From NCBI GenBank assembly GCA_963674735.2, contig CAXXQS010000001.1:2112001-2176000 (forward strand): a stretch of 64,000 bases of DNA. The letters run 5' to 3'. The DNA comes from Myxococcota bacterium (GTDB taxonomy: Bacteria > Myxococcota_A > SURF-8). The notes under the pieces were generated by a model. It did no database searches, was not told the DNA's origin, and saw only the letters and a list, made by a program, of their open reading frames with translations. The translations under genes and the position numbers were made by a program. This document shows, piece by piece, positions 1 to 9,054 of the stretch; the first letter of the stretch is position 1; each line of letters begins with the position of its first letter.

Positions 1-70
1 TGACGCCTCGTTCGTCATACGCGATAAATGGGATGGTTTGAAGCAGGCTTTAACTCGAAACGAGGTACCC

Positions 71-1081
71 ATGTCTTCCGATCTGATCACAAGCGACGGC
101 CAAGCCGCCTTCGGTTTGTACAATGGCGAAATCAAAGATATCAACATGGACGCCTACCGCCATGCCGGAATCCCGCATTGGCTGCTGCCCTTTCGCTGCA
201 AACGCTGGCGCTTCGTGGGCCTGTTCAGCCGCGAGGTCGTGGTGGGCGCCGCCGTGGTGGACGTGGGATATGTGGGCACCACCTTCGTTTACGCCTTCGA
301 CATGAAAAGCGGCCGCATGCTGGAATTCCGCGCCCAGAGCATCGGCGCCCGGCATGTATCCATTTCCGACCATTCCATCGACGGACGCGCTGCGTATCAA
401 AAAGGGCGCAACCGCGTGATCATCGATTACGGTCCCACCACCAATCTGGATGTCGACGTTGCGCTGCCGGACGGCGGCCGCCTGTCGGTCAAAGCCACCA
501 TCGATGAGAGCCGCGAGGCGGCCATTCCGCATCAGATCGTGACCCCGACACCGGCCGACCGTTTCAGTTTTACGCATAAATCCGCGGGCTTGCCCGCCAC
601 CGGTCAGATTCAAACCCCCGACGGCAGCTATACCCTCAGCGAAGGCCAGGCCTTTGCGGGCGTGGATCATACCGCCGGGGTGCAGGATTACCACTGGGAG
701 TGGCGCTGGTCCAGCCTGGGCGGTCTGGCGACCGACGGAACCCGCGTCGGCCTCAACCTGGTCGAGCCGATCCACCATCCCACCTTCCAGGAAAACGCCT
801 TGTGGATCGGAGGCGAACGCATCTGCCTCGGCGCGGCCAGCTTCACTTACGACCCGGCCGACATTCTCAAAGAGTGGATGATTTCAACCGCCGACGGCCT
901 TGTCTCCCTGCGCTTCACGCCGCTGGGCGAGCGCCGGGAAACCCTCAATACCGGTCTGATCGTCAGCCGCTTCCACCAGCCGGTGGGCTTTTACAACGGC
1001 GAACTGCGCCACCCCGACGGCCAGGTTTTCACCCTCGAAAACGTTCCCGGCGTGGCCGAGGATCACGAGGCGCGCTGGTAG
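71..1081 (+). CDS. DUF2804 family protein
   Basis: ORF 38..1081; likely ATG at 71 after GAGGT. Motifs KRWRFVG, FTHK, WEWRWSSLGG, GLNL, ENALWIGG and SRFHQPVGFYNG fit DUF2804. Confidence 0.75.
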   Translation: MSSDLITSDGQAAFGLYNGEIKDINMDAYRHAGIPHWLLPFRCKRWRFVGLFSREVVVGAAVVDVGYVGTTFVYAFDMKSGRMLEFRAQSIGARHVSISDHSIDGRAAYQKGRNRVIIDYGPTTNLDVDVALPDGGRLSVKATIDESREAAIPHQIVTPTPADRFSFTHKSAGLPATGQIQTPDGSYTLSEGQAFAGVDHTAGVQDYHWEWRWSSLGGLATDGTRVGLNLVEPIHHPTFQENALWIGGERICLGAASFTYDPADILKEWMISTADGLVSLRFTPLGERRETLNTGLIVSRFHQPVGFYNGELRHPDGQVFTLENVPGVAEDHEARW

Positions 1082-1264
1082 GGTCGTCTGCGCATTCCGG
1101 CTGCTTTTTCATTCGTTCACGCGTTGCCACACCTCCGCTCTGCGGAGCCGTTTCAAGCTGATCAAACGCATAGACTTTTTCCGGCCGCCATCCCAAACTG
1201 GATGCCTTGATGGTGCCGGTGCGTCTTCTGCACCGACGAGTTGTCACCCGCTACGGAGGTTACC

Positions 1265-2320
1265 GTGAACGCTCCCGAAATCCTGCTGAGACATCCGAAC
1301 GAATTTATGGAACGCATGGGCCAGTCCACCGCCTTTTCGCGCCTGAACGAAGAGGACGATGCCGTATTTTACGCCCGCGACCGTCTCGTCGACCACCTCG
1401 ACCGCACCGCGCTTGAGATCGTCGAAACCCTTATCGGCGGTCTGATTATCGAATCTCGCCCGGCGGTTCTCGATCTGATGGCGAGCTGCAATTCGCATCT
1501 GCCCGCCGCTCTCGATTGCGCCGAGGTGGTTGGCCTGGGAATGAATCGACGCGAGCTGGAAGCGAACCCACGCCTGACGGAGCACGTGATTCACGATCTC
1601 AACCGACAGCCCGAACTCCCCTTCGCCGACAATCGTTTCGATGTGGTGCTCAATGTGGTGTCGGTGGACTACCTCATCCACCCGGTCGAGGTGTTCAATC
1701 AGGCCGCCCGTGTACTCAAACCCGGCGGTTTGTTCCTCGTGGTGTTTTCCAACCGTTTCTTCCCGCAAAAAGTGGTGCGGCTGTGGACCGACAGCAGCGA
1801 AGACGAACGCAACAAGATCGTGCAAAGCTATTTCGCCCGGGTGGCCGCCTTCGAAGACGCGCAGAGCTTTGCCTGCCTGGGCCGCCCGCGCCCGGAAGAC
1901 GACCGCTACGCCGGACGCGGCCTTCCGAGCGACCCGATTTACGCCGTCTACGCCGAAAAATTCGGAGCGCCAGCGGACCGCGCCGCACGCCCGACGGTGA
2001 CGATTCCCTACGGCCGTCCGCTCGATGCCGACGAACTCGCAAGACGCGTGGCCGCCATTCCCCAAACCCACGCCTGCCCCTATTGCGGCGAGCGTCTGCG
2101 CCTGTGGGCCGTGACCGAAAACCCGTTCACCACCTACGAAAACGACCTGTACATCTGCGTCAACGATGCCTGCGGTTATCTGGTGCGCGGCTGGAACACC
2201 CTCTACTCTCAGGGTAATTCCGGGTCAAGCTATCGCTTGATGTACAATCCCCGCAGTGGTAATGTAGGGCCGATACCAGTGCCCAACTTGTTCGCCATCA
2301 TGGATGAATTGATCGACTGA
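1265..2320 (+). CDS. Class I SAM-dependent methyltransferase with a C-terminal Cys4 zinc-ribbon-like domain
   Basis: GGAGGT RBS before GTG 1265. Motifs DDAVFY, VLDLMAS, GLGMN, HDLN..P.LPF, VSVDYL, FSNRFFPQK. C-terminal CPYC...ICVNDAC. Confidence 0.85.
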   Translation: MNAPEILLRHPNEFMERMGQSTAFSRLNEEDDAVFYARDRLVDHLDRTALEIVETLIGGLIIESRPAVLDLMASCNSHLPAALDCAEVVGLGMNRRELEANPRLTEHVIHDLNRQPELPFADNRFDVVLNVVSVDYLIHPVEVFNQAARVLKPGGLFLVVFSNRFFPQKVVRLWTDSSEDERNKIVQSYFARVAAFEDAQSFACLGRPRPEDDRYAGRGLPSDPIYAVYAEKFGAPADRAARPTVTIPYGRPLDADELARRVAAIPQTHACPYCGERLRLWAVTENPFTTYENDLYICVNDACGYLVRGWNTLYSQGNSGSSYRLMYNPRSGNVGPIPVPNLFAIMDELID

Positions 2321-2437
2321 CGGGCCTGCGACAGACAACGGTTTGCTTTGTCCGCCGTCCCGAACTCGCGGCGTTGCATGGGCACGGTCGTCACCAATCG
2401 CCCTTTTTATTGGTCGTGTTCCTTCAGCGGAGAGATC

Positions 2438-3427
2438 ATGTCCGACAAATCGCGCCCCCAGCTGTCGTTTCCCTGCCACTTTCAGCCGCCCAGCGGCACG
2501 GACAAACCCATCCCCCATGTGGAATCCGGAACCGCCGCCTGCGGTCTCAATTGCCAGGTCTGCCGTCTGCACATCCAGGGGGTGTGTTCGAGCTGCGGCA
2601 GCGGCACCAGCCAAGCCGCCCGCGACAAACTGGAAGCCCAGGTGCGCCTGTTCGGCCAAGGCTGTTCGGTCCTGGTCTGTGCGACGAATCGACAAGTGGC
2701 CTACTGCATGCGCGACTGCGACGACTTCCCCTGCGACGTTTTTCGAAGCGGTCCTTTCCCGCTTTCCGAAGGCTTTCTCACCATGCAGGCCCGCCGCCGC
2801 GAAAAAGCCGGGATCGAACAACAAGCCGGTTGGCCCGAAACCACGCCCGATTTCTGGGAGCGGCTCGACGAGCGCACGCCCGGCGATGTGATGGCCGCCA
2901 GCGGCGCGATCCGCAATCAAGCCGGTGGCTACACCCTGCAATGCCTCAACGAAACCTGGTCCATCGATCCCGCTTCCCGACAGATCCTCAAGCGCGAAGG
3001 CGCTTTCGGCGGCGAATGGGACCGCCAGGTGCCCTTTCTGATTTTGGTTTACCTGGCGCTGGCACGGGACGAAGCGCTCTCGGGCGAGTTGATCCCACCA
3101 CGCGATCTGCAACCCGGACAAGACTTCTTTCGGGGGAAATACAGCCTCAACACCACCGAGCTGGAGGCCCGTTTCGGTCGCGACAAAGCCGCGTTCGAAC
3201 GCGTCGGTCTAAGCCTGGGAGGCCGTCGTCTCGATCTGGCCGACGCCGCCTTCCGCCTGCACGTCTTCCCGCGTTTGGCTGTGGATTTTTTACTTTGGAC
3301 CGCCGACGAGGAATTCCCGGCGCGTGTCAACCTGCTGCTCGACCGCCGTCTACTGCGCCACTATCCCTTCGACGCCGCGGCGGTGGCGCTCAACCTGCTG
3401 ATTCAGCGACTGCTGGCGACAACCTGA
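2438..3427 (+). CDS. DUF3795 (Cys-rich, putative Fe-S/Zn) plus DUF3786 domain protein
   Basis: N-terminal ACGLNCQVC..C..C...C....C......CMRDCDDFPC. C-terminal LILVYL, GQDFFRG, ADAAF.L.VFPR, LWTADEEFPA is the DUF3786 signature. ATG 2438 follows GGAGA. Confidence 0.8.
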   Translation: MSDKSRPQLSFPCHFQPPSGTDKPIPHVESGTAACGLNCQVCRLHIQGVCSSCGSGTSQAARDKLEAQVRLFGQGCSVLVCATNRQVAYCMRDCDDFPCDVFRSGPFPLSEGFLTMQARRREKAGIEQQAGWPETTPDFWERLDERTPGDVMAASGAIRNQAGGYTLQCLNETWSIDPASRQILKREGAFGGEWDRQVPFLILVYLALARDEALSGELIPPRDLQPGQDFFRGKYSLNTTELEARFGRDKAAFERVGLSLGGRRLDLADAAFRLHVFPRLAVDFLLWTADEEFPARVNLLLDRRLLRHYPFDAAAVALNLLIQRLLATT

Positions 3428-3516
3428 TTTCGACGGCGGATTTTAATCGAATTTTCGTGAGACGAGAAGTCTGTCGCCGCGCCTCCACCGGTAAACCGAT
3501 CGCGGCATAACCCCCG

Positions 3517-5340
3517 TTACTTGGCGTCTAGCTCGCAAATAGCCGGAAAAGCGAAGCTGCAATATTTGTCGTTCCAGCCACCGTCGAGGTTTTCGCCCAG
3601 GACGACGCAGTTCTGGTTTTGATCGCCGTTGGGCTGGCCGGAGGCCCAAGCGGTGAATCCCAGCGTTTCCCCCGCCGGACCGGTAAACGTCCCGTCCGTT
3701 TCGCGATCGTTGACGCCGATCCACCAGTTTTCCTGCATGATTGCAAAGGCTTGCTCGACCAGAAAATCCTGTTCGGGCTGAGAGGTCGGCAGCGCCAGAT
3801 CACCGCCATGATATTCACAGTAGGCTTTCGCAAATTCCCAACTGCAGGTCGTCTGCGACAGCAAATAGTTTTTGCCGCCGAAGGTACGCGCCTGGGCCGG
3901 ACCGTCCATCGTCTGGCATTTCAACCAGTTCTGGGCGAATTCATGCCGATCCTCAATGAAGGCCTTCATTTCGGCCAGCTTTTGCGTGTGCAGATCCTGG
4001 GTGTAGGGCTTTCGCGTATCCGCCGCCATGTCGTCGGCGATCTGCGCGGCATAGGTGTCGACGCGCGCCTGTAGCGTGTCCACATCGTAATGAAAAAGCA
4101 CCTCGGCAATGACCTCCAGGTAACGGCTGCGCCAGGGATCGTCGGCCAGCAAAGTCAGAATATTCGCGGGCTTGCCGTTGTCGTACCCCACATCATAGGT
4201 GATCAGGTCGGCGCTGACGCTGCCGATTTCGAATGAGTAATCGATATCCCAGGGAATCATCACAATGCCGCGGCTCGGATGATTGTAGATGATCCAGTTC
4301 ATCCCCCCCACGAAATAGCCGTCGTATTGTGGGATGATCGATTCGGCCGCCCATTCGAGGATCACCTCCTCCACATCGAAAGACGCTTCCATCTCGCTGA
4401 CGCTGAGGTCGGAAATGAACAGTTCCAGATCCGATTTATCGGGATCGGATTCGTTGGTTTTTTTCTCGTGCCACTTGTACAGATTGCCTTCATCCTCATC
4501 CCCGAAATTGCGTTCCAGAAACTCCTGGTCCACATGCTCGATATGCGAATAAAAGCCGTAATATTCACCATTTACAACCAAACGCGCGTGATTGACGCAA
4601 GGAGCCGGCACGCCCGTCTCCCGCATGATTTCCATGCCCATCCGCTCGTGCAGCATGGTCTGGTCGTTATGCGGCGCATCGAGGTTGGTTTTGCGAACGC
4701 CGTGAAAACGATGCTTGTCGTTGATTTGCTTGAACGAAATATTGAACTGCATCTTGTCCGGACTCATCGCCCAATTCAGAGGGTTGCCCTTGAGGCGAAT
4801 CATGGCATCGTAAATCACTTCCTCTTGATATTTCAGGTGTCGAACAGGAAAATACGCCGATCGTTCTTCGTCCGAAATATCAAGTGTCTGCCAGTTGGCC
4901 CAGATATTCTCGATCTGCGCCCACACGGCGGAATCCACATCGATCTCGTAGGTGATGATCGGCGTCCGGTAGATATCCGAACAAGCTTTCGGCAGGCTGA
5001 CATCATCCTCCGAGTTTTCGCTTTCATCTGCGTCGCCATCGGGTGAGACATCCCCGTCGGGCGGCGTATCCCCATCGGGCGGCGTATCGCCGTCGGACGG
5101 CGTATCGCCATCCGGCAAGACATCCCCATCGGGTGTGTCGGCGAAATCGAACTCATAGGTTTCCTTATCCGTGTCGCCGTCCGGGGCCGGATCGGCATCC
5201 CCGTCGCTAAACGACGTGGACGAATCGGAACAGCCGACAGTGAAAAGCAGGATGCCGGACACGGCCAGCATCGAGAAAAAAACTCGCCACCTAAAACATT
5301 CAGCGGCTATCGTTCGTTCAGTCAACATAACCACACTCAC
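3517..5340 (-). CDS. CotH kinase family lipoprotein with DGD repeats and a C-terminal C-type lectin domain
   Basis: Lipobox LLFTVGC and PDGDTP repeats. CotH motifs IRLKGN, LHER, HARLVVNGEYYGFY..IE.VD, GNLYK, PWDIDYSF. CTLD motifs SWEFAKAYC..GGDLA, WWIG, WASGQPN, NCV, WNDKYC. Exact start uncertain. Confidence 0.88.
   Translation of the reverse strand: MSVVMLTERTIAAECFRWRVFFSMLAVSGILLFTVGCSDSSTSFSDGDADPAPDGDTDKETYEFDFADTPDGDVLPDGDTPSDGDTPPDGDTPPDGDVSPDGDADESENSEDDVSLPKACSDIYRTPIITYEIDVDSAVWAQIENIWANWQTLDISDEERSAYFPVRHLKYQEEVIYDAMIRLKGNPLNWAMSPDKMQFNISFKQINDKHRFHGVRKTNLDAPHNDQTMLHERMGMEIMRETGVPAPCVNHARLVVNGEYYGFYSHIEHVDQEFLERNFGDEDEGNLYKWHEKKTNESDPDKSDLELFISDLSVSEMEASFDVEEVILEWAAESIIPQYDGYFVGGMNWIIYNHPSRGIVMIPWDIDYSFEIGSVSADLITYDVGYDNGKPANILTLLADDPWRSRYLEVIAEVLFHYDVDTLQARVDTYAAQIADDMAADTRKPYTQDLHTQKLAEMKAFIEDRHEFAQNWLKCQTMDGPAQARTFGGKNYLLSQTTCSWEFAKAYCEYHGGDLALPTSQPEQDFLVEQAFAIMQENWWIGVNDRETDGTFTGPAGETLGFTAWASGQPNGDQNQNCVVLGENLDGGWNDKYCSFAFPAICELDAK
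5032..5134 (-). repeat. 18-bp coding tandem repeat encoding (PDGDxx)n
   Basis: Translation PDGDVL PDGDTP SDGDTP PDGDTP PDGDVS PDGDA. Confidence 0.85.
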
Positions 5341-6939
5341 TTAGCGGTTCAAATAACTGGACGCGGCTTGCTGGCGGTCTTGCAGATAGCTGCGCACCAC
5401 GTCGACCTCATTCTCCACCTCTTCCACCGTATAGCCACGCTTGGGATCATCGGCGACATACGATTCAAGCGAGCTTTCCAAGTCGTCGATCCAGGCATCC
5501 AGCCCCAGCGCTTGAATACCGCTGACCACAAGTTCGAGTTGGTCCTCATAGCGGGATTGACAGGCCGGGAGTTCCAGGCAGCGCGCAAACAACACACTGG
5601 AACTGACTCCGAAGCTCACTTCCTGCACGAAGGTTTTATCCGTCCCCGCCGGCAACATGGTGAAGAAACCCTGTTTATCGCTATGCAGATAATAGTTGTT
5701 GGCGGCCAGCGTATAGCCATCCGCCTGGCCGATGTAATGTTCCACGGCCATCAGCCGAAGGGCGAGATCCAGATCGATCACGGAACCCACCGCCGCCGCC
5801 CAATCGTCATCCGAACCGGAGTTGATGGTGCTGATTAGAAGAGCCAGGTCGCTGATATCGTCATCATCGCCTTCATCGACCTCGAAATTCTCTTCCTGGC
5901 CGAGATACAGATCCACCATACCCTCATAGACGTGCTCCATGCTCTCGAAGGTGGAATCGGTGTATATATCGTCATAGGGTTCGATAACCGCATAGAGACC
6001 GTAATCTTCGCCGTTGACTCGCACCCAGGCGTATCCGGTTCGAGAAGCGGGAATATCCACCTCACGGAAAATGTAATAGGACAACGCCTCGTGCAGCATG
6101 GAAGTATCGTCCACCATGTTGTTCAAGGTCAGCTTTTTCAGCCCGGCGAAGCGCAGGTTGTCGTCGTATTTGTCGAAACGAATCTTGAACGACGCCTTCT
6201 GATCGATCGGCCGGAACGACAAGCCGCTCTTCAGACGCAGCCCCACCGATAAGGAGCCGGAGCTTTCCCCATCGGCTGTCATGGCAAAATCGGCTTCGGT
6301 ATACTCGTAGGGAGACGTCAACAGGCTCTGATAGGCTTCATCGGTCACCGTCAAGTCGATCTCGTAGACCGCCATCGTGTCGAACACCGACGCGGGCGAA
6401 TCCGCCTGCAAGCGATTCGGCTCTTCCTTGGTGGGATAGGTGGCTTGCCACGAACCGGTCAGGTCGGGATAGCGTCCCCAGCTTTCGCCGTCCTTGAGCT
6501 CTCCGATTTTCACGTAATCCAGAATGGTTCCGGTAGGATCGATCAGGTAAGCGGTATCGCCCGATTTCACTCCGAAGCCGAAGCCCGCTTCATCATCTTC
6601 CTCCTGCTTAACCACCAGATGTCCGCCGGGGGGAATTTCGGCCGGGCCGGGAATCAGATATTGATGGCCCGACTTTTCCAGATCGTCCGCCACGATCCAA
6701 CCCGCCACATCGATCGTGTCTTCAGACGATCGATTGGCCAGTTCCAGCCAATCGCGCCCCTGCACGTCGATCTCATTGAGCACCAGATCCGTCGGGGGAA
6801 TGAATTCTTCGCCGGAGTCCAGATCGCCATCCGGGCTTTCGTTCCCATTATCTCCCGAGCAGGCGGATAGCAGCGAGAAGGCCAGCAGGCTCCCGAGTAA
6901 CAGCAGCCGGAAAAGGCTTGGTTTCATGTTTGATTTCAT
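5341..6939 (-). CDS. CotH kinase family lipoprotein with a lamin-tail domain
   Basis: Likely ATG 6939. Lipobox LLSAC and a single PDGD. Lamin-tail motifs LVLNEI..DWLELAN..SWGRYPD. CotH motifs GLRLK, KASFKIRF, LKKLTLNN, LHEALSY, GLYAVIE, DGY, NNYYL, PAGTDKTF. Confidence 0.88.
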   Translation of the reverse strand: MKSNMKPSLFRLLLLGSLLAFSLLSACSGDNGNESPDGDLDSGEEFIPPTDLVLNEIDVQGRDWLELANRSSEDTIDVAGWIVADDLEKSGHQYLIPGPAEIPPGGHLVVKQEEDDEAGFGFGVKSGDTAYLIDPTGTILDYVKIGELKDGESWGRYPDLTGSWQATYPTKEEPNRLQADSPASVFDTMAVYEIDLTVTDEAYQSLLTSPYEYTEADFAMTADGESSGSLSVGLRLKSGLSFRPIDQKASFKIRFDKYDDNLRFAGLKKLTLNNMVDDTSMLHEALSYYIFREVDIPASRTGYAWVRVNGEDYGLYAVIEPYDDIYTDSTFESMEHVYEGMVDLYLGQEENFEVDEGDDDDISDLALLISTINSGSDDDWAAAVGSVIDLDLALRLMAVEHYIGQADGYTLAANNYYLHSDKQGFFTMLPAGTDKTFVQEVSFGVSSSVLFARCLELPACQSRYEDQLELVVSGIQALGLDAWIDDLESSLESYVADDPKRGYTVEEVENEVDVVRSYLQDRQQAASSYLNR

Positions 6940-7009
6940 GTGCACTTCCAGATTTTCAACAAAAGATGAATGTTTCGTGCCAGCGCAGCCGTGAATTGTT
7001 AAGGCAGTA

Positions 7010-7780
7010 TTATAGCGCAGGATAATCCCGAGCGCCAGACGTGCCCTCCATAATTCTATCAACTGCATAACAATACTTGGAAAATCCGCGTTGGAGCAAG
7101 CCGAACTGTCGAATCATGTTCAGCATCCATAAGGGGACGCTCTGGGTGGTCTTCACTTCCAGAATCACCGGGGAATCGTCGTTTCTCGTGCTGATGGGAT
7201 CGTCATAATACAACATGGAGTGCTCGTCGGCTTCGAGTTGGGTGGACCCATGCGCCTTTTGGTAACACAAACGACGATCGAAGGTCACACGCCCGTACTC
7301 TTCGATCTCGCTGACGTAGGGTTCCCGGAAATAGCGTACGTGCAGAAGCGGACGCGCCCCGAAAACCCCTAGGATTTCCTCAAAGGTCTCCGGCCGTTCC
7401 TTGCACAGAGTCGGGCCCGGCGGCTGCGGCTCACGTTCGAGAATCGCGGGCCACTGGGCCAGGGGAATCATGTTGCGGCGTTTCCAGATGACGTTGTTGA
7501 ATTTGTGCTTGAGTTCCAACCAACAGAAATCTTCGGCTTTTTTGCCGTAAAAACGCACGCGCGGTTTGACTCGCATGAGCCGACGAAACTTGACATCGTA
7601 ATAAAAGCGCAGATCGGGGGTTTCGAAATAGAGGTTGTTGACCGTATAGCCGCGCGTCTCGGGCGAAGCATGCCGGTCGAGCGAGCAAATCGGCCGAATA
7701 TACTCACGAATTTGTCTGGCGAGAGACTCCGTAATGGTATACTTCAGTTCGTATCGTTGAATGATCTGAATATCGGCCAT
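7010..7780 (-). CDS. VTC domain (polyphosphate polymerase-like, CYTH/TTM fold) protein
   Basis: RYELKY, NLYFET, K.RVRFY, WLELKHK, Y.REPY, RVTFD, VILEVK, FSKYC are VTC family motifs. Confidence 0.92.
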   Translation of the reverse strand: MADIQIIQRYELKYTITESLARQIREYIRPICSLDRHASPETRGYTVNNLYFETPDLRFYYDVKFRRLMRVKPRVRFYGKKAEDFCWLELKHKFNNVIWKRRNMIPLAQWPAILEREPQPPGPTLCKERPETFEEILGVFGARPLLHVRYFREPYVSEIEEYGRVTFDRRLCYQKAHGSTQLEADEHSMLYYDDPISTRNDDSPVILEVKTTQSVPLWMLNMIRQFGLLQRGFSKYCYAVDRIMEGTSGARDYPAL

Positions 7781-7782
7781 GA

Positions 7783-9054
7783 CTAAGGCTGAATGTCCTC
7801 CGGGCCGTCGAGACCCAACGCAAGAGTCAGATCGAAGAGCGCGACGACCAGTTCCTTGCGCTTTTGCGCCTTGATCCGCAACGTCTCGTTGATGGTCAAG
7901 TTCAGTTCCAAGACCTCGTCACGCGGCAAGGTGTCGTGTTGCTTGGCGCTTTCGATGATGGTTTGGGCGTTTCGAACCAGTTCCCCGGCCGTTTCGCAAA
8001 ACATGTTCCAATCGAGCAGGGAATCGCGATAGATGTTATAGCGATTGCGCACCTGCGATTCGATGCGCTCCCGCACCGCATCGACCTGGGTTTCCTTACG
8101 CTCCACCGCTTGCCGCGTAGCCCGGATGTTGCCGAGATTCCAGTTGAATAACGGGAGATCGAATCCCATCATCAACTCGCCGTAATCGTCCTTGTCGTCC
8201 CGAAGATGATAGGAAAGCTGAACATAGCTGAACCAGGGGACATTCTTCAGCCTTTCCAGCGTATACTGCCTTTCGGCCAGATGCCGTCTCGCTTCAACGA
8301 CTTTCACCTCAGGACGATTCTCATAGGCGATACGCGTAAGCGTTTCCAGATCGAGTTCGACGACCGGCACGTCCATTTCCACCAGTTCAACATTCGCCGC
8401 AGCTCCCGTGAGACGCTTTAAGCGCCGCCGGGCACTGGCCTGCCGCTCCTTGGCGCGGGTACGATCGTTAAGCGATTCCGCCGACCACAAGCGCGCCTTG
8501 GTGAAATACACCACGGAGCGCCGTCCCAATTCGACCATCCGCTCGATAATGGCGATGCGCTCGCGTTCCAGTTCGACGCGTTCATTGGCCAAACGGGCCA
8601 GTTCGTCTTCCCGGATGACATCGGCATAGGTTTGAATCACACGCGCGATCAATTCCTGACGCTCGATCTGCTGCGTCAACTGCCGTTCCCACAGCTCGAC
8701 CCGCGCCTGCTGTTTGTCCTCGTCCAACTCTCCGATACGCGGCGGCCGCCAGCGCAAACCGAACTCGATATCATCGAATTCATCGGTAAAGTAGCTTGTT
8801 TTAATGTCGCTGATACGAAATTCCGGATTGCGGATCCAGCCCGCCGAATCCAGCCGCCCTTTGGCGATTTCGACGTTGGCCTCGTTGGCCTCGATCTCGC
8901 GGCTGCGCTCCAGCGCCAGTTCGACGGCCTGCTTCTCGGTCAAAGGCGGACCTGCTTCTGCCTGCGCCGACGCCTGCGCCGTCCAAGCGGCTGCACAACC
9001 GATCGCCAGACTCAGCAGGATTTTCATCAGCGATGGCCCTAATCGGCGTCTCAT
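7783..9054 (-). CDS. TolC family outer membrane efflux protein
   Basis: ATG 9054 overlaps the upstream stop (ATGA). Signal peptide AQA, PLTEKQAVELAL, NPEF, AYENRPEV, FDLPLFNWN.GNI, helical heptads. The 5' extension to 9429 overlaps another gene. Confidence 0.88.
   Translation of the reverse strand: MRRRLGPSLMKILLSLAIGCAAAWTAQASAQAEAGPPLTEKQAVELALERSREIEANEANVEIAKGRLDSAGWIRNPEFRISDIKTSYFTDEFDDIEFGLRWRPPRIGELDEDKQQARVELWERQLTQQIERQELIARVIQTYADVIREDELARLANERVELERERIAIIERMVELGRRSVVYFTKARLWSAESLNDRTRAKERQASARRRLKRLTGAAANVELVEMDVPVVELDLETLTRIAYENRPEVKVVEARRHLAERQYTLERLKNVPWFSYVQLSYHLRDDKDDYGELMMGFDLPLFNWNLGNIRATRQAVERKETQVDAVRERIESQVRNRYNIYRDSLLDWNMFCETAGELVRNAQTIIESAKQHDTLPRDEVLELNLTINETLRIKAQKRKELVVALFDLTLALGLDGPEDIQP

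Noticed and set aside
6965-6983. TGGCACG sigma54-like element upstream of the lamin-tail CotH gene
   Set aside because: The -12 element reads ATTC instead of TTGC, and the site is inside an apparent operon.
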